From assembly GCF_009914755.1 (NCBI RefSeq), contig NC_060933.1: a DNA stretch of 64,000 nucleotides; one strand, given 5' to 3'. The notes under the pieces were generated by a model. It had not been told where the DNA came from, made no database searches, and saw only the letters and a list, made by a program, of their open reading frames with translations. This DNA comes from the human T2T-CHM13v2.0 reference genome, Homo sapiens. Positions 1-13,193 of this stretch are shown piece after piece (the stretch's first letter is position 1; every line of letters starts with the position of its first letter). A program made the position numbers and the translations under genes.

Positions 1-3000
1 AGTGGAATGGAATGGAACGGAAAGGAATGGAATGGAATGGAATGGAATGGAATGGAATGGAATGGAATCAACCCGACTGCAGGGGAATGGAATGGAATGG
101 AATGCAATGGAATGGATTCAACTTGAATGGAATGGTAAGAATGGAATCAACACGAGTGGAATGGCATGGATTGGAATGGAATGGAATGGAATCAACCCGA
201 GTACAGCGGAATGGAATGGAATGGAATGCAATGGAATGGAAACATCCGTAATGGAATGGAAAGGAATGGAATGGAATGGAATGGAATGGAATGGAATGGA
301 ATGGAATCAACTCGATTGCAATCGAATGGAATGGAATGGAATTAACCCGAATAGAATGGAATGGAATTGAATGGAATGGAATGGAACGGAATGGAATGGA
401 TTGGAATGGAATGGAATGGAACGGAAAGGAATGGAATAGAATGGAATGGAATGGAATGGAATGGAATGGAATCAACGCGAGTGCAGGGGAATGGAATGGA
501 ATGGAATGCAATGGAATGGAATCTTCCGGAATGGAATGGAATGGAATGGAATGGAATGGAATGGAATGGAATGGAATTAACCCGAATACAATGGAATGGA
601 ATGGAATGGAACGGAATGGAGTTGAATGGAATGGAAGCAACCCGAGTGCAGGGGATTAGAATGGAATGGAATGCAATGGAATGGAATCATCCGGAATGGA
701 ATGGAATGGAATGCAAAGCAATGGAATCAACTCGATTGCAATGGAATGGAATGGAATGGAAAGGAATACATTGGAATCAACCCGAGTGGAATGGAATGGA
801 AAGGACTGGAATGGAGTGGAATGGAATGGAATGGAATGGAATGAAATCAACTCGATTGGAATGGAATGGAATGGAATGGAATGGAATGGAATGGAATGGA
901 ATTATCCCGAATAGAATGGAGTGGAATGGAATGGAACGGAACGGAATGGAATGGAAAGGAATGGAATGGAATGGAATGGAATGGAATGGAATCAACCCGA
1001 CTGCAGGGGAATGGAATGGAATGGAATGCAATGGAATGGATTCAACTTGAATGGAATGGAAAGAATGGAATCAACACGAGTGGAATGGCATGGATTGGAA
1101 TGGAATGGAATGGAATCAACCCGAGTACAGGGGAATGGAATGGAATGGAATGCAATGGAATGGAATCATCCGTAATGGAATGGAAAGGAATGGAATGGAA
1201 TGGAATGGAATGGAATGGAATGCAATGGAATCAACTCGATTGCAATCGAATGGAATGGAATGGAATTAACCCGAATAGAATGGAATGGAATGGAATGGAA
1301 CAGAACGGAATGGAATGGATCGGAATGGAATGGAATGGAATGGAATGGAACGGAAAGGAATGCAATGGAATGCAATGGAATGGAATGGAATGGAATGGAA
1401 TGGAATCAACGCGAGTGCAGGGGAACGGAATGGAATGGAATGCAATGGAATGGAATCTTCCGGAATGGAATGGAATGGAATGGAATGGAATGGAATGGAA
1501 TGGAATGGAATAAACCCGAGTGCAATGGAATGGAGTGGAATGGAATGGAATGGAATGGAACAACCCGAATGGAACGGAATGGAATGGAGAGTAAGGGAGT
1601 TGAATAGAATCAATCCGAATGTAATGGAATGGAATGGAATGGAATGGAATGGAATGGAATGCAATGGAATGGAATGGAATGCAATGGAATGGAATCAACC
1701 CGAGTGCAATCGAATGGAATCGAATGGAATGGAATGCAATGGAATGGATTCAACTTGAATGGAATGGAAAGAATGGAATCAACACGAGTGGAATGGCATG
1801 GATTGGAATAGAATGGAATAGAATCAATCCGAGTACAGGGGAATGGAATGGAATGGAAAGCAATGGAATGGAATCATCCGTAATGGAATGGAAAGGAATG
1901 GAATGGAATGGAATGGAATGGAATGGAATGGAATGGAATCAACTCGATTGCAATCGAATGGAATGGAATGGAATTAACCCGAATAGAATGGCATGGAATG
2001 GAATGGAACGGAACGGAATGGAATGGAATGGAATGGAATGGAACGGAACGGAATGGAACGGAATGGAATGGAATGGAATGGAATGGAATGGAATGGAATC
2101 AACGCGATTGCAGGGGAATGGAATGGAATGGAATGCAATGGAATGGAATCTTCCGGAATGGAATGGAATGGAATAGAATGGAATGAAATGCAATGGATTC
2201 AACTCGATAGCAATGGAATGGAATAGAATGGAATGGAATGGAATGGAATGGAATGGAATGGAATTAACCCGAATAGAATGGAACGGAATGGAATGGAACG
2301 GAATGGAACGGAATGGAATGGAATGGAATGCAATGGAATGGTATGGAATGGAATGGAATGGTACGGAATAGAATGGAATGGAACGAATTGTAATGGAATG
2401 GAATTGAATGGAATGGAATGGAATGGAATGGAATGGAATGGAATGGAATCGTTCCGAGTGGAATAGGAGGGAATGTATTCGAGTGGAATGGAAAGGAATG
2501 GAATCAACCAGAGTGGAATGGAAAGGAATGGAATGGAATGGAAACTAAGAGAATGGAATCAACCCGGGTGGAATGGAATGGAAAGGACTGGAATGGAAAG
2601 GAATGGAATGGAATGGAATGGAATGGAATGGAATGGAATGGAATCAACGCGAGTGCAGGGGAATGGAATAGAATCGAATGGAATGGAATGGAATGGAATG
2701 GAATCAACCCGAGTACAATGGAATGGAATGGAATGGAATGGAATGGAATGGAATGGAATGCAATGGAATGGAATCTTCCGGAATTGAATGGAATGGAATG
2801 GAATGGAATGCAATGGATTCAACTCGATTGCAATGGAATGGAATAGAATGGAATGGAATGGAATTAAACCGAATAGAATGGAATGGAATGGAATGGAACG
2901 GAACGGAACGGAATGGAACGGAGTGGAATGGAATGGAATGGAATTGTATGGAATGCAATGGAATGGTACGGAATAGAATGGAATGCAAAGAATTGGAATG

Positions 3001-3770
3001 GAATGGAATTGAATGGAATGGAATGGAATCAACCAGAGTGCAGGGGAATGTAATGGAACGGAATGCAATGGAATGGAATCATCCGGAATGGAATGGAATG
3101 CAACGGAATGAAATGGAATGGAATGGAATGGAATGGAATGCAATGGAATGGAATCAACCCGAGTACCATGGAATGGAATGGAATGGAATGGAATGGAATG
3201 GAATGGAATGGAATGGAATGGAATGGAATGCCTTCAAACCGAATGGAATGGAAAGGAATGGAATCAACACGAATGGAATGGAATGGAATAGAATGGAATG
3301 GAATGGAATGGAATGATACGGAATAGAATGGAATGGAACGAAATGGAATGGAATGGAATGGAATGGAATGGAATGGAATGGAATGGAATGGAATGGAATC
3401 GTTCCGAGTGGAATAGGAGGGAATGTATTCGAGTGGAATGGAAAGGAATGGAATCAACAAGAGTGGAATGGCAGGGAATGGAATGGAATGGAAACTAATA
3501 GAATGGAATCAACCCGAGTGGAATGGAATGGAAAGGACTGGAATGGAATTGAATGGAATGGAATCAACTCGATTGTAATGGAATGGAATGGAATGGAATG
3601 GAATGGAATGGAATTAACCCGAATACAATGGAATGCAATGGAATGGAACGGAATGGAGTGGCATGGAATGGAATCAAACCGAGTGCAGGGGAACGGAATG
3701 GAATGGAATGCAATGGAATGGAATCATCCGGAATGGAATGGAATGGAATGGAATGGAATGAACCCGAGTG
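1..3770 (+). repeat. Copy 1 (left-truncated) of a 5,248-bp-period near-identical duplication
   Basis: Rare words recur at +5248. CGTTCCGAGTGGAATAGGAGGG is at 2450/7698 and 3400/8648. GGAAGCAACC, GGGGATTAGA, TATCCCGAAT, CAACCCGGGT, GAGTACCATGG and CAACAAGAGT each occur in both copies. The ORF track repeats at the same offset (626/5874, 866/6114, 1634/6882). Confidence 0.93.
518..532. promoter_or_regulatory. Perfect three-unit heat-shock element match gGAAt-cTTCc-gGAAt (first of ~43 copies)
   Basis: GGAATCTTCCGGAAT fits the HSF consensus nGAAnnTTCnnGAAn exactly. The motif match is certain; occupancy by HSF1 is inferred. Confidence 0.55.
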
Positions 3771-5248
3771 CAATCGAATGGAATCGAATGGAATGGAATG
3801 CAATGGAATGGATTCAACTTGAATGGAATGGAAAGAATGGAATCAACACGAGTGGAATGGCATGGATTGGAATGGAATGGAATGGAATCAATCCGAGTAC
3901 AGGGGAATGGAATGGAATGGAATGCAATGGAATGGAATCATCCGTAATGGAATGGAAAGGAATGGAATGGAATGGAATAGAATGGAGTCAACTCGATTGC
4001 AATCGAATGGAATGGAATGGAATTAACCCGAATAGAATGGAATGGAATGGAATGGAATGGAACGGAATGGAATGGAATGGAATGGAATGGAATGCAACGG
4101 AACGGAAAGGAAGGGAATGGAATGGAATAGAATGGAATGGAATGGAATCAACCCGAGTACAGCGGAATGGAATGGAATGGAATGCAATGGAATGGAATCT
4201 TCCGGAATGGAATCGAATGGAATGGAATGGAATGGAATCAACCCGAGTGCAATGGAATGGAGTGGAATGGAATGGAATGGAATGGAACAACCCGAATGGA
4301 ATGGAATGTAATGGAGAGTAAGGGAGTTGAATAGAATCAATCCGAATGTAATGGAATGGAATGGAACGGAATGGAATTGAATGGAATGGAATGGAATGCA
4401 ATGGAATGGAATCAACCCGAGTGCAATGGAATGGAGAGGAATGGAATGGAATGGAATGGAAACTAACCGAATGGAATGGAATGTAATGGAGTGTAAGGGA
4501 ATTGAATAGAATCAATCCGAATGTAATGGAATGGAATGGAACGGAATGGAATGGAATGGAATGGAATGGAATGGAATGCAATGGAATGGATTCAACTTGA
4601 ATGGAATGGAAAGAATGGAATCAACACGAGTGGAATGGCATGGATTGGAATGGAATCAACCCGAGTACAGGGGAATGGAATGGAATGGAATGCAATGGAA
4701 TGGAATGGAATGCAATGGAATGGAATCATCCGTAATGGAATGGAAAGGAATGGAATGGAATGGAATGGAATCGAATGGAATGGAATGGAATCAACTCGAT
4801 TGCAATCGAATGGAATGGAATGGAATTAACCCGAATAGAATGGAATGGAATGGAATGGAACAGAATGGAATGGAATGGAATGGAATGGAATGGAATGGAA
4901 TGGAACGGAACGGAACGGAACGGAACGGAATGGAATGGAATGGAATGGAATGGAATCAACGCGAGTGCAGGGGAATGGAATGGAATGGAATGCAATGGAA
5001 TGGAATCATCCGGAATGGAATGGAATGGAATGGAATGCAAAGCAATGGAATCAACTCGATTGCAATGGAATGGAATGGAATGGAAAGGAATACATTGGAA
5101 TCAAACCGAGTGGAATGGAATGGAAAGGACTGGAATGGAGAGGAATGGAATGGAATGGAATGGAATGAAATCAACTCGATTGGAATGGAATGGAATGGAA
5201 TGGAATGGAATGGAATTAACCCGAATAGAATGGAGTGGAATGGAATGG

Positions 5249-8200
5249 AACGGAACGGAATGGAATGGAATGGAATGGAATGGAATGGAATGGAATGGAA
5301 TGGAATGGAATGGAATCAACCCGACTGCAGGGGAATGGAATGGAATGGAATGCAATGGAATGGATTCAACTTGAATGGAATGGTAAGAATGGAATCAACA
5401 CGAGTGGAATGGCATGGATTGGAATGGAATGGAATGGAATCAACCCGAGTACAGCGGAATGGAATGGAATGGAATGCAATGGAATGGAAACATCCGTAAT
5501 GGAATGGAAAGGAATGGAATGGAATGGAATGGAATGGAATGGAATGGAATGGAATGGAATCAACTCGATTGCAATCGAATGGAATGGAATGGAATTAACC
5601 CGAATAGAATGGAATGGAATTGAATGGAATGGAATGGAACGGAATGGAATGGATTGGAATGGAATGGAATGGAACGGAAAGGAATGGAATAGAATGGAAT
5701 GGAATGGAATGGAATGGAATGGAATCAACGCGAGTGCAGGGGAATGGAATGGAATGGAATGCAATGGAATGGAATCTTCCGGAATGGAATGGAATGGAAT
5801 GGAATGGAATGGAATGGAATGGAATTAACCCGAATACAATGGAATGGAATGGAATGGAACGGAATGGAGTTGAATGGAATGGAAGCAACCCGAGTGCAGG
5901 GGATTAGAATGGAATGGAATGCAATGGAATGGAATCATCCGGAATGGAATGGAATGGAATGCAAAGCAATGGAATCAACTCGATTGCAATGGAATGGAAT
6001 GGAATGGAAAGGAATACATTGGAATCAACCCGAGTGGAATGGAATGGAAAGGACTGGAATGGAGTGGAATGGAATGGAATGGAATGGAATGAAATCAACT
6101 CGATTGGAATGGAATGGAATGGAATGGAATGGAATGGAATGGAATGGAATTATCCCGAATAGAATGGAGTGGAATGGAATGGAACGGAACGGAATGGAAT
6201 GGAAAGGAATGGAATGGAATGGAATGGAATGGAATGGAATCAACCCGACTGCAGGGGAATGGAATGGAATGGAATGCAATGGAATGGATTCAACTTGAAT
6301 GGAATGGAAAGAATGGAATCAACACGAGTGGAATGGCATGGATTGGAATGGAATGGAATGGAATCAACCCGAGTACAGGGGAATGGAATGGAATGGAATG
6401 CAATGGAATGGAATCATCCGTAATGGAATGGAAAGGAATGGAATGGAATGGAATGGAATGGAATGGAATGCAATGGAATCAACTCGATTGCAATCGAATG
6501 GAATGGAATGGAATTAACCCGAATAGAATGGAATGGAATGGAATGGAACAGAACGGAATGGAATGGATCGGAATGGAATGGAATGGAATGGAATGGAACG
6601 GAAAGGAATGCAATGGAATGCAATGGAATGGAATGGAATGGAATGGAATGGAATCAACGCGAGTGCAGGGGAACGGAATGGAATGGAATGCAATGGAATG
6701 GAATCTTCCGGAATGGAATGGAATGGAATGGAATGGAATGGAATGGAATGGAATGGAATAAACCCGAGTGCAATGGAATGGAGTGGAATGGAATGGAATG
6801 GAATGGAACAACCCGAATGGAACGGAATGGAATGGAGAGTAAGGGAGTTGAATAGAATCAATCCGAATGTAATGGAATGGAATGGAAGGGAATGGAATGG
6901 AATGGAATGCAATGGAATGGAATGGAATGCAATGGAATGGAATCAACCCGAGTGCAATCGAATGGAATCGAATGGAATGGAATGCAATGGAATGGATTCA
7001 ACTTGAATGGAATGGAAAGAATGGAATCAACACGAGTGGAATGGCATGGATTGGAATAGAATGGAATAGAATCAATCCGAGTACAGGGGAATGGAATGGA
7101 ATGGAAAGCAATGGAATGGAATCATCCGTAATGGAATGGAAAGGAATGGAATGGAATGGAATGGAATGGAATGGAATGGAATGGAATCAACTCGATTGCA
7201 ATCGAATGGAATGGAATGGAATTAACCCGAATAGAATGGCATGGAATGGAATGGAACGGAACGGAATGGAATGGAATGGAATGGAATGGAACGGAACGGA
7301 ATGGAACGGAATGGAATGGAATGGAATGGAATGGAATGGAATGGAATCAACGCGATTGCAGGGGAATGGAATGGAATGGAATGCAATGGAATGGAATCTT
7401 CCGGAATGGAATGGAATGGAATAGAATGGAATGAAATGCAATGGATTCAACTCGATAGCAATGGAATGGAATAGAATGGAATGGAATGGAATGGAATGGA
7501 ATGGAATGGAATTAACCCGAATAGAATGGAACGGAATGGAATGGAACGGAATGGAACGGAATGGAATGGAATGGAATGCAATGGAATGGTATGGAATGGA
7601 ATGGAATGGTACGGAATAGAATGGAATGGAACGAATTGTAATGGAATGGAATTGAATGGAATGGAATGGAATGGAATGGAATGGAATGGAATGGAATCGT
7701 TCCGAGTGGAATAGGAGGGAATGTATTCGAGTGGAATGGAAAGGAATGGAATCAACCAGAGTGGAATGGAAAGGAATGGAATGGAATGGAAACTAAGAGA
7801 ATGGAATCAACCCGGGTGGAATGGAATGGAAAGGACTGGAATGGAAAGGAATGGAATGGAATGGAATGGAATGGAATGGAATGGAATGGAATGGAATCAA
7901 CGCGAGTGCAGGGGAATGGAATAGAATCGAATGGAATGGAATGGAATGGAATGGAATCAACCCGAGTACAATGGAATGGAATGGAATGGAATGGAATGGA
8001 ATGGAATGGAATGCAATGGAATGGAATCTTCCGGAATTGAATGGAATGGAATGGAATGGAATGCAATGGATTCAACTCGATTGCAATGGAATGGAATAGA
8101 ATGGAATGGAATGGAATTAAACCGAATAGAATGGAATGGAATGGAATGGAACGGAACGGAACGGAATGGAACGGAGTGGAATGGAATGGAATGGAATTGT

Positions 8201-9020
8201 ATGGAATGCAATGGAATGGTACGGAATAGAATGGAATGCAAAGAATTGGAATGGAATGGAATTGAATGGAATGGAATGGAATCAACCAGAGTGCAGGGGA
8301 ATGTAATGGAACGGAATGCAATGGAATGGAATCATCCGGAATGGAATGGAATGCAACGGAATGAAATGGAATGGAATGGAATGGAATGGAATGCAATGGA
8401 ATGGAATCAACCCGAGTACCATGGAATGGAATGGAATGGAATGGAATGGAATGGAATGGAATGGAATGGAATGGAATGGAATGCCTTCAAACCGAATGGA
8501 ATGGAAAGGAATGGAATCAACACGAATGGAATGGAATGGAATAGAATGGAATGGAATGGAATGGAATGATACGGAATAGAATGGAATGGAACGAAATGGA
8601 ATGGAATGGAATGGAATGGAATGGAATGGAATGGAATGGAATGGAATCGTTCCGAGTGGAATAGGAGGGAATGTATTCGAGTGGAATGGAAAGGAATGGA
8701 ATCAACAAGAGTGGAATGGCAGGGAATGGAATGGAATGGAAACTAATAGAATGGAATCAACCCGAGTGGAATGGAATGGAAAGGACTGGAATGGAATTGA
8801 ATGGAATGGAATCAACTCGATTGTAATGCAATGGAATGGAATGGAATGGAATGGAATGGAATTAACCCGAATACAATGGAATGCAATGGAATGGAACGGA
8901 ATGGAGTGGCATGGAATGGAATCAAACCGAGTGCAGGGGAACGGAATGGAATGGAATGCAATGGAATGGAATCATCCGGAATGGAATGGAATGGAATGGA
9001 ATGGAATCAACCCGAGTGCA
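5249..9020 (+). repeat. Copy 2 of the 5,248-bp-period duplication
   Basis: Matches 1-3770 except for a few pentamer copy-number changes and substitutions (e.g. GGAAGG at ~6885). Similarity stops at ~9020, where GCAATCGAATGGAGTGGAATAG replaces GCAATCGAATGGAATCGAATGG. Confidence 0.93.
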
Positions 9021-9139
9021 ATCGAATGGAGTGGAATAGAATGGAATGAACCCGAGTGCAGGGGAATGGAATGGAATGAAATGCAATGGAATGGAATCAT
9101 CCGTAATGGAATGGAAAGGAATGGAATGGAATGGAATGG

Positions 9140-10130
9140 AATGGAATGGAATCAACACGATTGCAATCGAATGGAATGGAATGGAATTAACCCGAATAGA
9201 ATGGAATGGAATGGAATGGAACGGAACGGATTGGAATAGAATGGAATTGAACGGAACGGAGTGGAATGGAATGGAATGGAATGGAATGGAATGGAATCAA
9301 CGTGAGTGCAGGGGAATGGAATGGAATGGAATGCAATGGAATGGAATCTTCCGGAATGGAATGGAATGGAATGGAATGGAATGAAATGCAATGGATTCAA
9401 CTCGATTGCAATGGAATGGAATGGAATGGAATGGAATGGAATGGAATGGAATGGAATTAATCCGAATTGAATGGAATGGAATGTAATGGAAAGGAATGGA
9501 ACGGAATGGAATGGAATGGAATGGTATGGAATGGAATGGAATGGTACGGAATAGAATGGAATGGAACGAATTGTAATGGAATGGAATTGAATGGAAAGGA
9601 ATGGAATGGAATGGAATCAACGAGAGTGCAGGGGAATGTAATGGAACGGAATGCAATGGAAAGGAATCATACGGAATGGAATGGAATGGAATGGAATGGT
9701 ATGGAATCAACCCGAGTGCAATGGAATGGAGTGGAATGGAATGGAATGGAATGCAATAGAATGGAATCAACTTGAGTACAATGGAATGGAATGGAATGGA
9801 ATGGAATGCAATAGAATGGAATCAACTTGAGTACAATGGAATGGAATGGAATGGAATGGAATGGAATGGAATAAAATGGAATGATACGGAATAGAATGGA
9901 ATGGAACGAAATGGAATGGAATGGAATGGAATGGAATGGAATCGTTCCGAGTGGAATAGGAGGGAATGTATTCGAGTGGAATGGAAAGGAATGGAATCAA
10001 CCAGAGTGGAATGGAAGGGAATGGAATGGAATGGAAACTAATAGAATGGAATCAACCCAAGTGGAATGGAATGGAAAGGACTGGAATGGAATGGAATGGA
10101 ATAGAATCAACTCGATTGTAATGGAATGGA
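9140..10130 (+). repeat. ~1-kb segment duplicated at ~15310-16360 (offset ~6.2 kb)
   Basis: Both segments carry the same rare words in the same order: CAACGTGAGT (9298/15466), TAATCCGAATTG, CAACGAGAGT, CATACGG, CAACTTGAGT, GGAATAAAATGG, CGTTCC (9943/16175), CAACCCAAGTGG. Confidence 0.85.
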
Positions 10131-11026
10131 TTGGAATGGAATGGAATGGAATGGAATGGAGTGGAATGGAATGGAATCAACCCGAGTGCAGGGGAATGGA
10201 ATGGAATGGAATGCAATGGAATGGAATCATCCGGAATGGAATGGAATGGAATGGAATGCAAAGCAATGGAATCAACTCGATTGCAATGGAATGGAAAGGA
10301 ATGGAAAGGAATACACTGGAATCAAGCCGACTGGAATGGAATGGAAAGGACTGGAATGGAGTGGAATGGAATGGAATGGAATGGAATGGAATCAACTCGA
10401 TTGGAATGGAATGGAATGGAATGGAATGGAATGGAATGGAATGGAATTAACCCGAATAGAATGGAATGGAATGGAATGGAATGGAAAGGAATGGAAGGGA
10501 ATGGAATGGAATGGAATGGAATCAACCCGACTGCAGGGGAATGGAATGGAATGGAATGCAATGGAATGGATTCAACTTGAATGGAATGGAAAGAATGGAA
10601 TCAACACGAGTGGAATGGCATGGATTGGAATGGAATGGAATGGAATCAACCCGAGTACAGGGGAATGGAATGGAATGGAATGCAATGGAATGGAATCATC
10701 CGTAATAGAATGGAAAGGAATGGAATGGAATGGAACGGAAAGGAATGGAATGGAATGGAATGGAATGCAACGGAAAGGAATGGAATGGAATGGAAAGGAA
10801 TGGAATGGAATGGAATGGAATGGAATCAACGCGAGTGCAGGGGAATGGAATGGAATGGAATGCAATGAAATGGAATCTTCCGGAATGGAATGGAATGGAA
10901 TGCAATGGAATGGAATCAACTCGATTGCAATCGAATGGAATGGAATGGAATTAACCCGAATAGAATGGAATGGAATGGAATGGAACGGAACGGAATGGAA
11001 TGGAATGGAATGGAATGGAATGGAAT

Positions 11027-11056
11027 GGAACGGAACGGAACGGAACGGAACGGAAC
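11027..11056 (+). repeat. (GGAAC)6 variant-pentamer run (CpG every 5 bp)
   Basis: Read directly. Similar runs occur near 4902-4926, 12705-12734, 18468-18497, 26036-26060 and 44272-44296. Confidence 0.9.
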
Positions 11057-13168
11057 GGAGTGGAATGGAATGGAATGGAATTGTATGGAATGGAATGGAA
11101 TGGTACGGAATAGAATGGAATGGAAAGAATTGGAATGGAATGGAATCGAATGGAATGGAATGGAATCAACGCGAGTGCAGGGGAATGTAATGGAACGGAA
11201 TGCAATGGAATGAAATCATCCGGAATGGAATGGAATGGAATGGAATGGAATGGAATGGAATGGAATGGAATGCAATGGAATCAACCCGAGTGCAATGGAA
11301 TGGAGTTGAATGGAATGGAATGGAATGGAACAACCCGAATGGAATGGAATGTAATGCAGAGTAAGGGAGTTGAATAGAATCAATCCGAATGTAATGGAAT
11401 GGAACGGAATGGAATGGAATGGAATGGAATGGAATGGAATGGAATGCAATGGAATGGAATCAACCCGAGTACAATGGAAAGGAATGGAATGGAATGGAAT
11501 GGAATGGAATGGAATGGAATGGAATGGAATCAACCCGAGTGCAATGGAATGGAGAGGAATGGAATGGAATGGAATGGAAACTACCCGAATGGAATGGAAT
11601 GTAATGGAGTGTAAGGGAGTTGAATAGAATCAATCCGAATGGAATGGAATGGAATGGAACGGAATGTAATGGAATGGAATGGAATGCAGTCAACCCGAGT
11701 GCAGGGGAATGGAATGGAATGGAATGCAATGGAATGGAATGGAATCGTTCCGAGTGGAATAGGAGGGAATGTATTCGAGTGGCATGGAAAGGAATGGAAT
11801 CAACCAGAGTGGAATGGAAGGGAATGGAATGGAATGGAAACTAATAGAATGGAATCAACCCGAGTGGGATGGAATGGAAAGGACTGGAATAGAAAGGAAT
11901 GGAATGGAATGGAGTGGAATGGAATGGAATGGAATGGAATGGAATGGAATGGAATGGAATCAACTCGATTGCAATCGAATGGAATGGAATGGAATTAACC
12001 CGAATAGAATGGAATGGAATGGAATGGAACGGAACGGAATGGAATGGAATGGAATGGAATGGAACGGAAAGGAATGGAATAGAATGGAATGGAATGGAAT
12101 GGAATGGAATGGAATGGAATGGAATCAACGCGAGTGCAGGGGAATGGAATGGAATCGAATGGAATGGAATGGAATGGAATGGAATGGAATCAACCCGAGT
12201 GCAGGGGAATGTAATGGAACGGAATGCAATGGAATGGAATCATCCGGAATGGAATGAAATGGAATGGAATGGAATCAACCCGAGTGAAATGGAATGGAGT
12301 GGAATGGAATGGAATGGAATGGAACAACCCGAATGGAATGGAATGTAATGGAGAGTAAGGGAGTTGAAAAGAATCAATCCGAATGTAATGGAATGGAATG
12401 GAACGTAATGGAATGGAATGGAATGGAATGCAATGGAATGGAATCAACCAGAGTACAATGGAATGGAATGGAATGGAATGGAATGGAATGGAATGCAATG
12501 GAATGGAATCAACCAGAGTACAATGGAATGGAATGGAATGGAATGGAATGGAATGCAATGGAATGGAATCTTCCGGAATGGAATGGAATGGAATGGAATG
12601 GAATGGAATGCAGTGGATTCAACTCGATTGCAATGGAATGGAATAGAATGGAATGGAATGGAATGGAATGGAATTAAACCGAATAGAATGGAATGGAATG
12701 GAATGGAACGGAACGGAACGGAACGGAACGGAACGGAGTGGAATGGAATGGAATGGAATTGTATGGAATGGAATGGAATGGAACGGAATAGAATGGAATG
12801 GAAAGAATTGGAATGGAATGGAATCGAATGGAATGGAATGGAATGGAATGGAATCAACCCGAGTGCAGGGGTATGTAATGGAATGGAATGCAATGGAATG
12901 GAATCATCCGGAATGGAATGGAATGGAATGGAATGGAACGGAATGGAATGGAATCAACCCGAGTGCAATGGAATGGAGTGGAATGGAATGGAATGGAATG
13001 GAACAACCCGAATGGAATGGAATGTAATGGAGAGTAAGGGAGTTGAATAGAATCAATCCGAATGTAATGGAATGGAACGGAATGGAATGGAATGGAATCG
13101 AATGGAATGGAATGGAATGGAATGGAATGCAATGGAATGGAATCAACCCGAGTACAATGGAACGGAAT

Positions 13169-13193
13169 GTAATGTAATGTAATGTAATGTAAT
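13169..13193 (+). repeat. (GTAAT)5 variant-pentamer run
   Basis: Five consecutive GTAAT units read directly from the sequence. Confidence 0.9.

Noticed and set aside
1586-1625. GTAAG in GAGAGTAAGGGAGTTG as a 5' splice site
   Set aside because: It is a weak consensus match that is in register as mutated pentamers. The + strand has no polypyrimidine tract or acceptor.
2450-2485. CGTTCC...AGGAGG...GTATTCG module as a Shine-Dalgarno site, HSE or foreign insert
   Set aside because: It stays in 5-bp register with the satellite, so it is diverged repeat. The GAA-TTC spacing does not fit an HSE, and AGGAGG has no meaning in this eukaryotic context.
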